64,000 nt of DNA from Batkoa obscura (taxonomy: Eukaryota), in NCBI GenBank assembly GCA_030770535.1, contig JASVEC010000020.1, forward strand, positions 558,001 to 622,000. The letters are read 5' to 3'. The notes beneath the pieces were generated by a model. The model searched no databases, had not been told where the DNA came from, and was given only the letters and a program-made list of their open reading frames with translations. Position 1 is the first letter of the stretch. Every line of letters begins with the position of its first letter. Positions 1 through 14,909 of this stretch are shown piece by piece. Position numbers and translations under genes: made by a program.

Positions 1-1708
1 GATGTTTTACTTTCTTCATTTTGATCCATATGTGAAGTCGTAAATGGATTCTGTGATTTATTTAAGGGTGTCGATGTCAATGCAGCAGAATTCATCGGGG
101 TTGCTTGATAGGCACTTGCTTCATTATTTACTTGATAAGATTCCCTACCTTCCATTGGATATTTATTTGACACTTCAAACCTAGGTGATATTGGGCTAGA
201 GACCACATTAGGTAATTGATTGATAGGCTTAGGACTAAATGCACTGGTATTATTGCCGCTGGGACCACGTTGTAAACTTGGTCTGGGGGTATTAATATCG
301 GTATGTTTAGAGACATTCGAAGTAGCACCAATTAATAAGCTTTCATTTTGAGCATTTAAAAGTTTTGAAGTACCTAATGTAGCTTGTCTGGTTAATTTGT
401 CACCTGAATTAATATTGGATGCTCTATTGATCTTAGTCTCACTCATCTTACCCTTTAATAACATCCAATCATACACACCATCATCTAACTCATTACTATT
501 ACTCAACACCCTTTCAAATAAATTTATTAACTGATCGTATTCAGGTGTTTCTTCAAACCCTAATTTTCTGACATAGGTTAAATAAGTTGCAAACTCTTCT
601 GGAAATCCTCGACATAACTCTTCGATTCCCGTTGTTTGTTTCTTTTCTCCAATCTTTTCATACTTTTGTTTATTTGTAGCTGCTTTTAATCCTTGCCATG
701 GGAGCGATCCTCGTAAAAAGTACATAAAGACATGCCCTAAAGATTCAAGATCATCTCGACGCGATTGTTCTATTTAAATCTTAATATTCAATTTCATCAA
801 CTTATACCCTTTCTTACCTCGTCCTAAATGGGTATTGATACTCATGTATCTAGCAGTGCCACTTAAACTTTTTCTTTCTCTGTACGGGATGTGCTGCTTT
901 GTTTTTGGATCTCTATAAAACTTAGCCATACCGAAATCAATCATAAACACCATATTAGCATTTGGTGTAGAGGGATGACCAATCATGAAATTGTCCGGTT
1001 TAATATCCCGATAAATTAAACTTTTTTCATGAACTGATTGAACGCGTGCTATCTGGATAAAATATTGAATTAATTGAATAGAGTTAATTGGACAAAGTTG
1101 TAATTACCATATTCTTAGCCAACATAGCCACCGTTTTAATACTAAATTTGCGTTGGCATAAGTCAAATAAATCTTCTAAACTTTTTCCTAATAGATCAAT
1201 GCAAAGTAAATTGTGTTGCCCCTCAGTCCCAAAGTAGTACACTGCTGGGATACCCTCTATTTGAATGTAAAGTTAATAAATACTGGTCTTTATTATTTAT
1301 AAATTTAAATATTACCAGTTCCCTGAAGTATTTTATAGGTTCTATATTCGTCTTTTAATTGCGGGGCATCAGATTTTTTAGATTCCTAATAACAAAAATC
1401 AGTTTATCACTTCATTTTTAACAGTAGTGTTATAAATTACAAACTTGATCGCTACAGGTTGGTTATTTAACATATTTACCCCTATAATATCAAAGTTAGA
1501 ATGACATCAAAATGAAAAAGATCTCGATAGTATCATACTATCAACTGGATAGTCACCTACCTTCATAGATCACTCCAAAACTACCCTCCCCAATCTTTTT
1601 ACCCACTCTATAGTGAACACCTATGATGTTTGGTGAGCCCATCCCCATCGCTGAAGAAGCACCCAAGTTGGCTATCGTATGGTTATTACTCTGTCGATTT
1701 ACTGGCAT
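1..1708 (-). CDS. Casein kinase I, Yck1/2 (Cki1, CK1-gamma-like) type; multi-exon, 3' end runs off the window
   Basis: Exons read MPVNRQ...[69 protein letters not shown] and [44 protein letters not shown], separated by short GT-AG introns. ATG at 1708. Confidence 0.95.
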
Positions 1709-3019
1709 TTTGTCTTATATGAGTTAAGGTTAAATTATTAACTAATTCAAGGCGGTCGTAGTAATAAAAAAATAATTATATCAAACTGAGAGTAATGAAA
1801 GTGGTAGATTATAGTATTATAGTGTAAAGTATATAATAAAAGTATAATAAACGTAAATAATATTGGCTAAAAGTAAACGTCAATTGTATTAGTAGTAGTA
1901 TTAATTGAGCTATTGATGTCAGTGTATAATTCGTAGTGAATTATTTTAAGTTTGGTTGACTACTTTTAAAAAAAGGGGAGTTGAAATTATAATTTTTATA
2001 AAAATGGATCGCTTATTTAATAGCTTAAAATAGAATTAATCTTAAAGAGATAAGGGGACTTTTTACAATTTTTAAAATAAAATCATAAAATCACTTATTA
2101 AATTCTTTAAAAAATATCAAAATGTTAAAATTAGAATAGGAAAGTTTATGATATTATTATAATGAAATAACAAAGAATATTGACGGTTAGCTTCCAAATT
2201 TAACTATTTTGAGTAATGGATCTTTATGTGTTTAATCTGTTGAAGAGCTGAATGTTTACCTAGTTACAAAAATAAACTCAATATCATTGGTTAATTATCC
2301 TTGGTTTCTCCATTTTTATTAAAATAAAGTGTAAGGAGGAATTTACTATTACCCAGTATTAAATTATATTCAATATTTAAAGTTTGCTAATTAAAGTTTT
2401 ATGAGCTATTTATCATCATATTTGATGTAAGTTTAAGTTTATTTTTCAAATGTTGATCTAAATACTTTTTTAATCAAGCTTTTTTAAAGCTATTTAACAT
2501 AAGCTATTGTAGTTTATTAAGTTGAAATAGTAAAATTAAAATTTAGAAATCATAATCAAATTTTAAAAGTACTATGATAAAGACTATACTTTAAAATAAG
2601 GTAATGGTGGAGTCATTTTTAATTAAGTATTATAAAGTATTAATTAGCTTTAATTTTTGTACCATACACGAAATTAGTCCCAAAGTTAAATTAATTTTAA
2701 TTTCAAATATTAATAGTAAGCACATATTTTAAAAAAATGTAATAAACCAAATATATAAAATCTAATATCACATTCATTGTTATAACTACTACCAATTCAT
2801 TTAAAAACGCATTGATTCTACTATATTAGTAAATTTCCAAAACGCCAAAGTTATAAAAATTCAAGTAAGAACAAACAAGCAGCAATAAATTAAAATAAAG
2901 CCACCAATCAAGCGAAAGCCTATAAGAGAGGCAGGTGGCTTGTTGCACAGGTCAAAAACTAAGTGCCAAGTGACAAAATATCTTAGTTTAATTAAATAAC
3001 ACAAATTAATATAAAAAAC

Positions 3020-5161
3020 ATGTCGAAAGAAAAAGAGATATTAAAAAAGAGAGGTAAGAAAAAGATGTCAGAAAAACAAGATGACATCGAACTCGTGGAG
3101 TTGATCGCAAGTGAAGATAAAGAAAAAGAGATCTCTATTAAAGGAAAGCCAGACGATACTTGGAACATCATCTTATTAATAATCTTATGTAAATTTATTT
3201 ATTTCCGTAAAAATCAAAGCTCATGACTAACTACTATTCAGACTTACTACAAGGTATACCTGGAGGTTTAGCTATGGGTTCTTTACCTTACCTACTGAAA
3301 GAAAGACTCAGTTATGGAGAGATTGCTCTATTTAGTTTAATAGCATATCCCTACTCATTAAAATTATTATGGTCTCCAATTGTGGATTCATTATATATTA
3401 AGAGCATTGGGCGTCGTAAGACATGGATAATTCCAATTCAATTTTTCACTGCTTTCCTACTCTATTGGTTAGGTAATTATACTCAGGGATTATTAGATGG
3501 GGTAAGCTTTTGTTATTTCATGTAATAGAAATAAGTTGATTTGTATTAATATTAGGCCAATATGAACATTAGCTCTCTTACAATGTTATACGCAATTCTG
3601 ATCTTTTTTGCAGCGACTCAAGGTAATTTTGATGAGTTAACCAGTTTGAATATTTGGTTTATATTATATACTAGATATTGCTGTTGATGGCTGGGCATTG
3701 ACTTTATTATCAGAAGAAAACTTAAGTTATGCTTCAACTTGTCAAACTATTGGGTTAAATACCGGATATTTTATGTCATTTACCATCTTTTTGGCTTTGA
3801 ATTCTGCGGAGTTCAGGTAATATTAATATATTTAGTATATAGAAACAGAGTATTTTATTTATTTTTAGTAATAAGTTCATCCGTACTGTACCCAGCGATG
3901 TTGGTGTCTTATCTATTTCTTCGTATCTTTCTTTTTGGGCTGTTGTGTATGTAATTGTCACTTTCATTTTATTTTTCAAGCATGAAGTAAGGATCTATAT
4001 ACTACTATCTCAAATTAAATTTTAATTTTACTATCAATCAGGAAAATGAAAAAGAAAGCGATGAAATGAACGTAACCGAAACATATAAAAAAATGCTTGA
4101 GACCCTTAAATTACCACGTAAATATCTCTCACATAACGATTATATATTCACTAAATCATAATTTAAAATAGAAATCCAAAAGTTGATGGTAATTTTATTG
4201 ATAAGTAAGATAGGATACATCTGTAATGATGCGGTGACTGGACTAAAGATGATTGAAATGGGTTTTAAAAAAGAAGATTTGGCTTCCATTGTGTTAATCG
4301 ACTTCCCTATTCAAATGGTTGTAGGCTATTATGCTGCCAAACAATCAAATGGACCCAGACCCTTGAGACCAGTAAGTTTATTTGTCATAGTACAATACAG
4401 CATAAATGTGTTTACTATTTATTCAGTGGCTATACGCTTCCTTTGCGCGTCTTCTTCTTTCCTTTTTATCCATGTTTGTAGTTTACGGTTTTCCTAAAGA
4501 TGGTGTAACTGGGACATATATCTTCATCGTTATTTTATCCGGAGTAGTTACTTCTTTTACATCGTAATTTTATTTTTATTATTAGATCATTATTACTTAC
4601 TTTATATCTTAATAGTACCGTACAATTTGTAGGAATCTGTGCCTTTTTCAATCAAATTGCAGATCCTTATATTGGGGGTACTTATATGACTGTAGGTTAT
4701 TTATTGTATTTATTTTAAAATTGTTTTATTTTACCAATTATTATTTAGTTATTAAATACAATCTCAAACTTGGGTGGCACTTGGCCTAAATTTTTTATAT
4801 TAGAGGCAGTGGAATACTTTAGCAAAGCTGAGTGTTCAGTAAGGGATGTTTCTGGTCAAAGTAAGGCTATCTCTTAATTTTTTTATTTGCTTATCTTTTA
4901 CTTTTATAGTACTCTCATGCGTTAAGGAGGAAGGTAAAAAGCAATGTACTGCTCTGAACGGGACATGTACTTTAATTACAGATGGATATTATTTGGTAAA
5001 TACAGTAACATGTATTTTAGCTTTATTCATTTGGGTCTTCTTCATTATAAGGCAAATCAAACAGTTAGAAGGTAAACAACTCATTTCAAACCCAAAATTT
5101 AAATTAATTAATATTTCAACTAGTTATCCCACCTTCTGAATGGAAAATTCGTAAAGATTAA
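3020..5161 (+). CDS. ER acetyl-CoA transporter (AT-1/SLC33A1/Acatn family, MFS); multi-exon
   Basis: Motifs LLQGIPGGL, YPYSLKLLWSPIVD, GRRKTWIIPIQ, ATQDIAVDGWAL, ADPYIGGTYMTLLNTISNLGGTWP and DGYY. The last exon reads ...IPPSEWKIRKD then TAA at 5159-5161. Confidence 0.93.
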
Positions 5162-5252
5162 ACGATATAATTAGATATTATAAAATAAAATAAAAATATA
5201 TAAAACTTTATTACTTATTACTACTATTATATTTAAAATCTTATGTTATTCT

Positions 5253-5786
5253 TTATCCTTCCTGATAAAGATGTACATTGCTATCAAAATACTCTTTAGC
5301 GAGTTTATGGTTCATTACGTTGGCTTGAAACATTGTATCGATCAAATCTCCAACAAATGGAATAATACCAATAAAGAAGTCCAAAAATACATTAAATAAC
5401 ATTCTAAAAACAACTGCATAAGGTAGCCCTAATCCCGTAAAAGCCAAGTATACCTGAAATAAAGCTAGCATCAAAGTTATAGGGTCACCAACCCATGGTA
5501 TGAGGCCAATAATTGCATCTAAGCCAATAGGTATCGGAAAAGGATTAAAACTAAAGTTATCTAAGGTTTCTGACAGCTTCTTAACTCTTTTTAAGCTCTG
5601 TTTAGCAGCACTTCGTTTAATGGTAGATGGATGTTTACGTTCAAATATCTTAAAAACAACTTCTGGTTTTACTTTAAAATTATTCCCGTTTCTACCTCCC
5701 TTTCTGGTCCTTCTACGTGTGTTGTTGCTACTCTCATATTGGTACTCATTTTCCGAGTCTGAATCTAATACTTCAATCTTTACCAT
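5253..5786 (-). CDS. DUF4112-family membrane protein (177 aa, intronless)
   Basis: LDN.F...IGLDAIIGLIPWVGD...MLFNVFLDFFIGIIPFVGDLID..FQANVMN is the pattern I recognise as DUF4112. Confidence 0.85.
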   Translation of the reverse strand: MVKIEVLDSDSENEYQYESSNNTRRRTRKGGRNGNNFKVKPEVVFKIFERKHPSTIKRSAAKQSLKRVKKLSETLDNFSFNPFPIPIGLDAIIGLIPWVGDPITLMLALFQVYLAFTGLGLPYAVVFRMLFNVFLDFFIGIIPFVGDLIDTMFQANVMNHKLAKEYFDSNVHLYQEG

Positions 5787-7163
5787 ATTTTATAAATAAA
5801 AAAGTTATAAAGGTGAAGTTTTTTCATGTCATTTATACTTTTTGATTTAACTTAGCCAAACATAAAAATTAGGTCATAATTTAAAATGACATTGGAAAGG
5901 GGTTGGAATTTCTATATTTGGAGAAACTGCTAATATTTTTTTGCATTTAAATGATTTAGATGAGGTTGAGTAAATTTGAGATGAAATTTAAAGTTAACTA
6001 TTGATTGGCATAAACAAAATATTTGGTTATAAATAATCAAAGTTTGGAATATGATAAATGAATTGAGTATAGCTTATAATTTTCTTGTGTAGCATCATTG
6101 TTTATACAGCATTTTCAATTCAGCTTTACTAAGTTGGTTTTTGACAGAACCAAAACCAATAAGCCAGATTTTACAAACTGGTAGCATCAAAGGCAGCCCA
6201 GTAAAATTAGATTAGAGGTGCTATAATAGATAGCGATCTTTAAAAAAAACCATAGCTCCATTCACCCTTAAACCTAGAGTTTGAACTAACAAAATATAAG
6301 ACTATTTGCTGTTCGAATCATTATTTACCAAGATGATTTTAATATTAACAAGCATTGAAAAAATAGTAGTAAATTCAAAACAATAACCTTGAGAATTCTT
6401 TTTCAATAAAAATTGTAATCAAATTAGTAAAACAGTCAATGTCATGATATACTAATTTCAGATGAGTTTTCTATAAACAAAATTTTATATCATATAACGA
6501 TATTTACAACCGAAATTATTAATGGATAATATATGTTTAACAAAAATGACCTCTAAGTTTCATTCATATATTTATTAAAACTAGCATAAACTAGTTCATT
6601 TAATTAAAACTTTGAAATTCTATTCAGAATTTGACTGGAATCAGTATCCATTTATCCCTACATTTTTGGGCAGGGATTAATTTATTATGAACAATTTGTT
6701 ACTATGGGTTGAAAATTTTAGCGTGGCCTCGATTAAAATGAGCTTATTGTAAAAGAACGCGGTATTTTCAGTGACTAATAAGAAAGTGTTATTTTTATTT
6801 TGATTCGTGTTTAGAGAACAATCATAATCAAGACTCTAAAATAAGTCATTTTAGTTATAAATCAATAATTGGAAAGTAAATAAATTGTATTTTACAATCA
6901 TTTTTCATGTTTAAGCAAATTACCAAATATAGTATTGCGGGCTCATCTTCAGCCGTCAATTCCAAAACTCGAAAAACACATTAACACAAAGAACATTTTT
7001 TGATTGGCTAAATAATAACGTATCAAAATTTGACGAATCAAAGGAATCCATTTTCAAACCAATGCTCCAGAAAAAAAACATACGATAATTTAAACTCAAA
7101 AGCTATAAATAGCCGAAAAACCAAACTCTAAATCACAAAGTTTTTCAACAAAACAAACCAAGA

Positions 7164-8463
7164 ATGAGCAACCATCAAGCAGATATTGAAGGAGCAAAAA
7201 AACTCCATGGAAGCGTCAGCAGCAGCCAAACATTCTTTGAAAAGGTAGCTAATAAAGATAAGGCATTGGCTTCGGAAATCGCTGATGAATACAGGAGTTT
7301 CTGGGACAGCCGTAGAACTGGAGAAGAAGATGAGAAAAACTTGGAAAAGAGAGCTACCAATTACACCAAATTGGTTAATGCTTACTACAATTTATCTACC
7401 GACCTTTATGAAGTAAGAGTGTTTATTTATTTTAGTAGTTTTTATTTAACTGATCTTTTTAGTATGGTTGGGGAACTTCTTTCCATTTCGCTCGTATGTA
7501 TAAAGGTGAAAGCTTATTCCAATCTATTGCCCGTCACCAACACTTCCTTGCTTCAAAGTTACGTCTTGCTGAAGGCATGAAAGTATTGGTAAGTTGCACA
7601 AGATCCAATAATAGACTCTGACTAATCACATGAATTAGGATGTGGGCTGTGGTGTTGGTGGACCAGCTCGTGAAATGATCCAGTTTTCTGGAGCACATGT
7701 AACTCATTTCAACAATAATGCTTATCAACTTGAAAGAGCAGCCAGTTATGCCGCTGCTGCTGGTATCTCTGATTTATGTGCTTTTATTAAAGGTGATTTT
7801 ATGAATATGGAAATCCCAGATAACACATTTGATGGAGCTTATGCTATTGAGGCCACTTGTCATGCACCTAAACTTGCTGGGGTATATGGAGAAATGTTTC
7901 GCGTCGTAAAACCAGGAGGTAGAGTTGCTTTGTATGAGTGGTGTATGACCGATAAATATGATGAAGCTAACCCAGAACATAAGCGTATTTCTCTTGGTAT
8001 TGAGGTAATCAAATATGAATATAAATATCTCATTTTTTTATATTTTTAAAGGAGGGCGATGGTATTGCTAAATTGTTCACTTGTGATGAAGCCTTAGAAG
8101 CCTTTAAATCCGTTGGCTTTGAAGTTGAGTACTCTAAAGATATTACTCAATTTACAGGTAATGATATCCCATGGTATGTACCATTAGAAGGACGTATTTC
8201 AGATGGTATTATGGGATTCTTCCGTACTAAATTCGGAAAATCAGTCACTCATCGTCTTGTAAGCTATATTATCATATTCAATTGTAAATTTATTAATTTA
8301 AATTTAATAGGTTGGCGTTTTAGAATCAATTGGAATAGCACCAAAGGGTACATCTCATATGTCAGAGGTACTTTCAGTTGCTCAAGATCATTTGATTGAG
8401 GGAGCTAAATTAGGTATCTTTACTCCTATGTTTATGTTAGTTGGTCGTAAACCAGAAAATTAA
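7164..8463 (+). CDS. ERG6: Sterol 24-C-methyltransferase (5 exons)
   Basis: YYNLSTDLYEYGWGTSFHF (across an intron), SAM motif VLDVGCGVGGPAR, FDGAYAIEATCHAP, YEWCMT and C-terminal GIFTPMFMLVGRKPEN*. Confidence 0.96.
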
Positions 8464-8829
8464 TATTTTTAACTAATCGAAATTTTAAAATAAAATCTTT
8501 ATCTATTTATACTGTTTTATCTTATTTTGTTGGTTTTTTACACTAAAACCTTTTAAGCATTAAGACATTATTTATTTTTGAGCTAGTCATTAAGATTTGT
8601 TCGAATTAAATGTTAAATGATGATAAGATATTCAGAAGTAAATATTCTTAGGTATGGTAGTCTTCTGAACCTTTTATTTTCATATAAATATTATCATGCT
8701 TATACCAATGTTCTATTGGAAATCAAATGAAAAAACCTTTTAGCTTGTAAAATAGTGATCTTAAAAATAAGGCCATATGATTGAGTTTAAATATCTAAAT
8801 TTGTTGGAAAAAATAAAATTAAACCATGT

Positions 8830-8919
8830 AGGGATGTATTTTAAGAATTTTATTAACAATCTTTCCGCTCAAATAATACTTAAAAAATGGAAAAAGTAAT
8901 GAAACCAAAAAACATCCTC
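8830..8919 (+). mobile_element. ~100-bp MITE, copy 1
   Basis: AGGGATGTATTTT...CTTAAAAAATGGAAAAAGTAATGAAACCAAAAAACATCCTC; flanks ATGT/ATAT. Confidence 0.8.
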
Positions 8920-8972
8920 ATATAATATATAATTATTTATTCTAATGCTTCTTTCTAAAATTTTAGATTAAC

Positions 8973-11544
8973 TTATGCTTTACCTTCAGACTTTTTCTTA
9001 GCATAATCTTTAACCATATCTTCTTGAACATAAGGTGGGACTGGAGAGTGCTCAAAATACTCCATAGTGAACTCACCTTTGCCTTGGGTAGCTGATCTTA
9101 ATTCTGTAGAATACCCAAACATGTTATTTAATGGTACGCGACATACGGCTTGGAAATAATCTTCTTGTACTTCCGAATCAACAATAGTACCTTTACGTCT
9201 GTTGATAGATCCCATTACAGTACCTTGGAACTCTACTGGTGCACTGATTTCTACAGTCATAATAGGTTCTAATACAACTGGGCTGGTTTTAGGGTAAGCT
9301 TCTCTGAAGGCATGGAAGGCGGCAGTTCTGAAGGCTAATTCTGAGGAATCTACAGAGTGAGCAAGACCATCTTCAAGTACTACTTTAACACCTTTAACTC
9401 TATGGCCAATCAAAGGACCCTTTTCTAAAGCATCTTGGAAACCCTTATCTACAGCTGGTATATAATTTTGTGGGATAGTACCACCTACGACTTGATCTAA
9501 GAATTGGAATTCAGGTACAGTACTATCTTCATCTTCAGCATTCTCAAACTCAGTTGGATCAATGGGCTCAATATAACCAATAACACGACCAAACTGTCCA
9601 GAACCACCAGTTTGTTTCTTATGAGTATAGTTAAACTCTGCTTTTTGAGTGATTGTTTCTCTAAATGCTACTTGGGGTTTTCCGGTCACACAATCGACTC
9701 CATACTCTCTCTTTAATCTTTCGACATAAATGTCCAAGTGTAATTCTCCCATACCTGAAATAATGGTTTCTTTGCTTTCAGCATCTAAATGAACTCTAAA
9801 TGTGGGATCTTCTTTTTGGAATCTATTTAAGGCCTTGGAGAAAGAGCCTGTATCTTTAGTTTTTGGCGTTAACGATAGTGATATTACTGGGTCTGGTACA
9901 AACATTGATGTCTATTATAAAAAATTATTATTGAAAATATGTCATAATACAATATTTAGCTATTACCATTGAAAGGTTGACTTTACCATCAGTAAAAGTA
10001 TCCCCAGAAGCACATTCAATACCAAATAATGCACAAATTTCACCGGCACCTACTCTATCAACGTCCTAAATAAAAAATATTAGTGTTGAATTACTTTTTG
10101 ATTTTATGTCATAATAATCTACTTACCTCCATTTCATTTGAATGCATTCTCACTAATCTGGCAATCTTGATCTTTTTACCAGTTTTGATATGAGTGACAT
10201 TGGTTCCTTTAACAAGCTCTCCTTGATAAACACGGACATAGGTTAATTGACCATATTTTCCTTCTTCTAGTTTGAAAGCAAGACCAACGAAGTTATTATT
10301 CGAGTAAGGTACTAAATCAACTACAGCTTCTTGATTTTTGAGATCCAAGGCAGTATTTTTAACCTCAAATGGTTTAGGTAAAAATTTAACGACACCATCC
10401 AATAAAGTTTGGATACCTTTATCTTTAATGGCACTACCCATCATTACAGGTGTAAATTTCAATGCCAAAGTAGCCCTTCTGATAGCCAACGACAATTGTT
10501 CAGAAGTTGGTTCTTCTTCCATTAAAAACAATTCAGCTATTTCATCATCCACATTGGCCAAATTTTCAATTAATTCCATACGTTTGATCTTTGCTTTTTC
10601 CATTAAATCTTGTGGTATCTCTTTAGTAACAATATCTGAACCTCTGTAACCTTCGTTATAGATAGCTTTCATTTCAATGAGATCAATCACACCAGCAAAC
10701 TTATCTTCGGTGCCAATAGGAATTTGAAGTGCTGCTGATGGGATCTTTAATTTTGCTCGGATCTGTTCCACAATACGGTCTGGATTAGCACCTGCACGAT
10801 CCATCTTATTAATAAATGATATTCTTGGTACATTGTATCTTTTCATTTGCCTATCTACAGTGATAGTTTGGGATTGTACTCCAGATACTGAACATAATAC
10901 TAATACTGCACCATCTAATACTCTCAATGCTCTTTCAACTTCAATAGTGAAGTCAACATGGCCTAGAAGTGGATTTTAATCAACTGGTTAATGATTTTGA
11001 CTTAAATAACTTACCAGGGGTATCAATAATGTTCAAATTGGTTTCATTCCATTTACAATAAGTGGCAGCAGATTGAATGGTGATTCCCTTTTCTCTTTCT
11101 AACTCCATAGAATCCATCTTTGCCCCAACGTTATCTTTACCACGTACTTCATGAATCTCCTTGATTCTGCCGGTGTAAAATAAAACACGCTCAGTTAAAG
11201 TGGTTTTTCCACTGTCTATATGTGCTGAAATACCGATATTTCTTAAGCGATTTAGACGTAACTAATAGGAAAAATTAAGTGAATTAGAATATAAAGTGTA
11301 ATCTTTTTACCCAATCTTTTTCTTCAACACCTTCTGGGGGAGCAGAAATATTTAAAGAAGGGGAATATGAGGCTGAATAGTTACGAATGGGATTGAATTT
11401 ATAAATTGAATTAAAATTGTTAGTCATGCTATTGACCTTTTGAGCCTCATTGTAGAAATTGAGATTGATAACTCTCTTTCCTATTGGATTCGATCTCTTT
11501 GAGATGGCTCTTAATGATAGACTGCTTAATCTTCTTAAACTCAT
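8973..11544 (-). CDS. MEF1: Mitochondrial translation elongation factor G1; multi-exon, N-terminal presequence
   Basis: [54 protein letters not shown] and [21 protein letters not shown]. The N-terminus is Arg/Ser-rich. Confidence 0.96.
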
Positions 11545-12150
11545 AGTTTCTATATTCCCTTCTTTTTTCTATTTCTATTATGTTTTCAAAAAAAAGATAA
11601 TTTAGTTATTTTGATTTTTTTTAATTTCTAGCTTCGAACTTTTCCCCAAAAATCGAGTTTTTTGTTGAATTTTATTGGTTAAATTTTATTTGGCTTTCTA
11701 ATGAAATCAAGCTTTTTTCATATTAAAATGAAAATTAAATATTAAATATTATGCCCAACAATAGCTAATTATATTACATAAAATTTACATTGCTTTAATG
11801 TTCATATAACTATAGATTTTTGATTGATGAGTTGTACATTATTTTAAAGTAAAATATTATCTTATACTACTCAAAAAAGGATAAACTAATACCGATCAAT
11901 ATTATTCTCATTAAATTATAAGTTACTTTATTGATAATTAAATACTTTTAATGAAATGTTGATGTGCATTAAAATGACCATGATTGTATGACTGTAATTT
12001 AAGATAAAAATATGAGAGGAAATATTATTGAAAAAGGAATAACTCACACTAAAATTTAAGAAGTACTATATGTTTAAATATTTTTCTTTACGACATTTTA
12101 ACTAATATAAAAAATCCCTTTAATTGTATTGAATTTATGAAATTCAAAAT

Positions 12151-12874
12151 CTAACATTTAATTTCCATATCAGATAAGTCAGTTTGAGATCCTGGTACAA
12201 TACCATGTTGAGAAGCACGAGTAAATAAACTATAATAGAATAAGATTGAAATTAAAGCTTTAAAAAATAAGTTACTCTGGTGTACATATTTTCTTGAACC
12301 CAATCTTTACAGGCTCTGCTTCTAAAAGACTAAACAAAAAATAAGTAAATCTTAATTTAAAAATCTGTACACAAGTTACCGAATACGAGCTCTTTCTTGG
12401 GCTGATTTTAACATAATAACTTGCTTCTGTTTGGACTCTTCTTCGCTTTCTTGATGAAATTCAATCCAGCGGGTGATTGGATGATGGCCCTATTAAAAAT
12501 TTAGTGTAAATTACATTTATTATTTGATCCTATCTAGTTACTTCTGAAAAAAAGGTGGCGTCAAATTTAGACCAAGCATAGAAACCGGCAATTACATAAA
12601 TAGAGCGTTTCCACCATGGACTGAAAAAGGTTTCTATAAATGAAAAATAAGCAATATTCATTTGTAGTTTCAATCTATTGTATTACCCTCTGGATACTTT
12701 TCTTCAGTTTTATTCTCACTTTCTGTTGACCCAAATCTCTTGAAAGAGGTAGCAGATAATAAATTTCGGTTTAGTGACCTTACGCCTAAGGTTGAAATCT
12801 AATATTTTTGCTTTAATATGGTATTTCCCTTTTTATTCTTTATCTTTTACTTTGTTAATATTTAATCCTTTCAT
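12151..12874 (-). CDS. Probable complex I accessory subunit (NDUFB5 / fungal 17.8 kDa-like); 6 short exons, absent from the ORF track
   Basis: Manual splicing gives MKGLNINK/ISTLGVRSLNRNLLSATSFKRFGST...YPE/ETFFSPWWKRSIYVIAGFYAWSKFD.../GHHPITRWIE.../...CTPD/LFTRASQHGIVPGSQTDLSDMEIKC*. It has a presequence, one TM segment and a P.LF..aS...vP.Gs.tDLS tail. The gene model is solid; the subunit identity is less certain. Confidence 0.7.
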
Positions 12875-13605
12875 CTTAAAATTTTGTTAAAATGAATTTT
12901 GATTGATTTTGTAATGATCAATCTCAATCTAATCATTTTTTAAACTATGTCCCATAAGTTTTAGGGTTAATTTTTATAAATTATCTGGAAATTTTTAGCT
13001 GAAAATATCCGTTCTATGTAAATAATTTAAAATGAATAAGTAATAGTTGAGCTAATGTTTGATGATTTGTATAAAGCATTCTTAGTTTTATACTATATGT
13101 ATTTATGTTAATTTTAATTTTATCATCCTATTCAACTAGTTAGGCTAAAATAATATAAATGTTCTTGTTTCAAAAGTTTACTAAAATTTTCTAAATTTTT
13201 CAAGCTTTATGCTACATAAAATATGGCCAAATCACTGAAGTGAAAAAGACAACCCTGTATAAAACTGTATAAACTTTATAAAAAATTTACAAGAGGAATG
13301 CGTAAAATATTCAAGCGATACGATGTGCATTTTCGTGCTAATATTATATAGCAACTATATTACATAGAAGACATATTTATGTCATATATACGAAGTTGAC
13401 GTTTTTTATAAACATAGCTTCATGCTAAATATTCTTTATAATATAAATAAGAAAAATTATTATTCAGAAAAGGTTTACACAAGAAAATTCATTTAAAAAT
13501 AATATAAGTGGTAATTTTTAATGCTACATCATGATAAAATATAAAATAAAATAAAGGCATTTATTTATTAAAAACATAGAAAAATAGCTAACGAAATATT
13601 TTTAT

Positions 13606-14190
13606 TCAAAGGATAAAGTTACATAATAAAGAAATCGAAAAAACAAAAGCCAACTTTGCACTAATAAATGTGTTAGCATTATTCGCTGAAGAGCTACTTG
13701 GGTTTGGTATACTTGAGCTTGATTTACTTTGACTTGACCCATTTTGACTTGATTTACCTTCATCTAGTTTACTTTCAAACTGGTGATCATTTCCTTTAAA
13801 AACTTTACAACATGATTCGGTACAAATATAATAATAAAACTTGTTCAGATCATTTTTAATGATATCGTCAGAAATCGGACTATCGCCAAAACAGAAATAA
13901 TTACCTTTGGTTATGACATTTTCAGCTAAGTCGTATTTAAAATCTTTTTTGAAATCATCAGCTGATAGATCAATATTGTATTCTTTTGGATTACTTTCAT
14001 TTGGTCTACTTTTATAACGTTTATTATTTCCTTTAAACACTTTACAATAAGACTCATTACAAATAGAATAAAAAAAAATTTCAAGGTTGTTAGTGACTAT
14101 ATCGTTGCTTATCGAACAGTCATCAAAACATCAATAGCTATCTATACTATTAACATTTGACGATATAATATAAGGACTAGTCAAATAGAA
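13606..14190 (-). pseudogene. Cys-rich two-repeat protein, copy 1 (in-frame TGA, degraded 5' end; 5' boundary approximate)
   Basis: The frame upstream of the 144-aa ORF reads DSY*CFDDCSISNDIVTNNLEIFFYSICNESYCKVFKG, with TGA at 14131-14133. It is homologous to copy 3 and has a Ser-rich region plus hydrophobic tail. Confidence 0.75.
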
Positions 14191-14909
14191 ACTAGTAGTT
14201 ATTAGATTCAGGACTGCTTTTATTTTTGACCAATATTGTGCTATCTACTATTTCACCTTTATTAGAACTTTAGTAGACTTGATTTTATAGAGTTATTATT
14301 ATATGAAATCAATATAATCATAATTTTTAAAATTCTAGAAAGCTCAAAGAGATTCTAGAAACAACTGAAACTAAAAAAAACATCCTCATTTATAGAACAA
14401 GCTATCATTCGAATACAGTGTTGGCAATTTTTCTACTTATTCTTGCTTCGAAAAATCCAGTACTTCAACTTATAACCTAATAGTATAATTGTTAAACTAT
14501 TTAACTTGATGTGATAATTAGGATGACACCTATTCCTCGACAAACACGTGTAATTAAATGGGCTAATTTATACTACCTATAGTGAATATTATGAATACCC
14601 ACTTTTTTGAAGTTAATAAATTCTTTTACTTGAGTCATGTATTATAACTATCTAATTTATCTTTTATTATACTTGACCTCAAATTAGCTCCTTTGTTAAT
14701 ACCTAAAGGGCTAAAAGGTCTTGATAAACTAATATCTATTTTTCGATGCTATTGGTGATTTGTCTGAGACTTATTATTTGACTTATCGCTAATATATATT
14801 TCATAGTAACACTGTTATTGGATTAATGTAACTTTTTAAAGTTACTATTTTGAAGTAACCCGATTTTGTGTACCAAAACATATTCCACGTTAGCATTATT
14901 ATAGAATAT

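Noticed and set aside
5500..5799. Antisense or alternate-frame ORFs in the track (also 128-331, 7175-7360, 9504-9716, 10338-10649, 23121-25676 on +, 26427-27740 on +, 34337-34951, 40360-40698, 53147-53575, 58013-58312)
   Set aside because: They are shadows of real genes on the opposite strand or in another frame, with no recognisable motifs. The Leu-rich ones are simply the reverse of Asn (AAT) runs.
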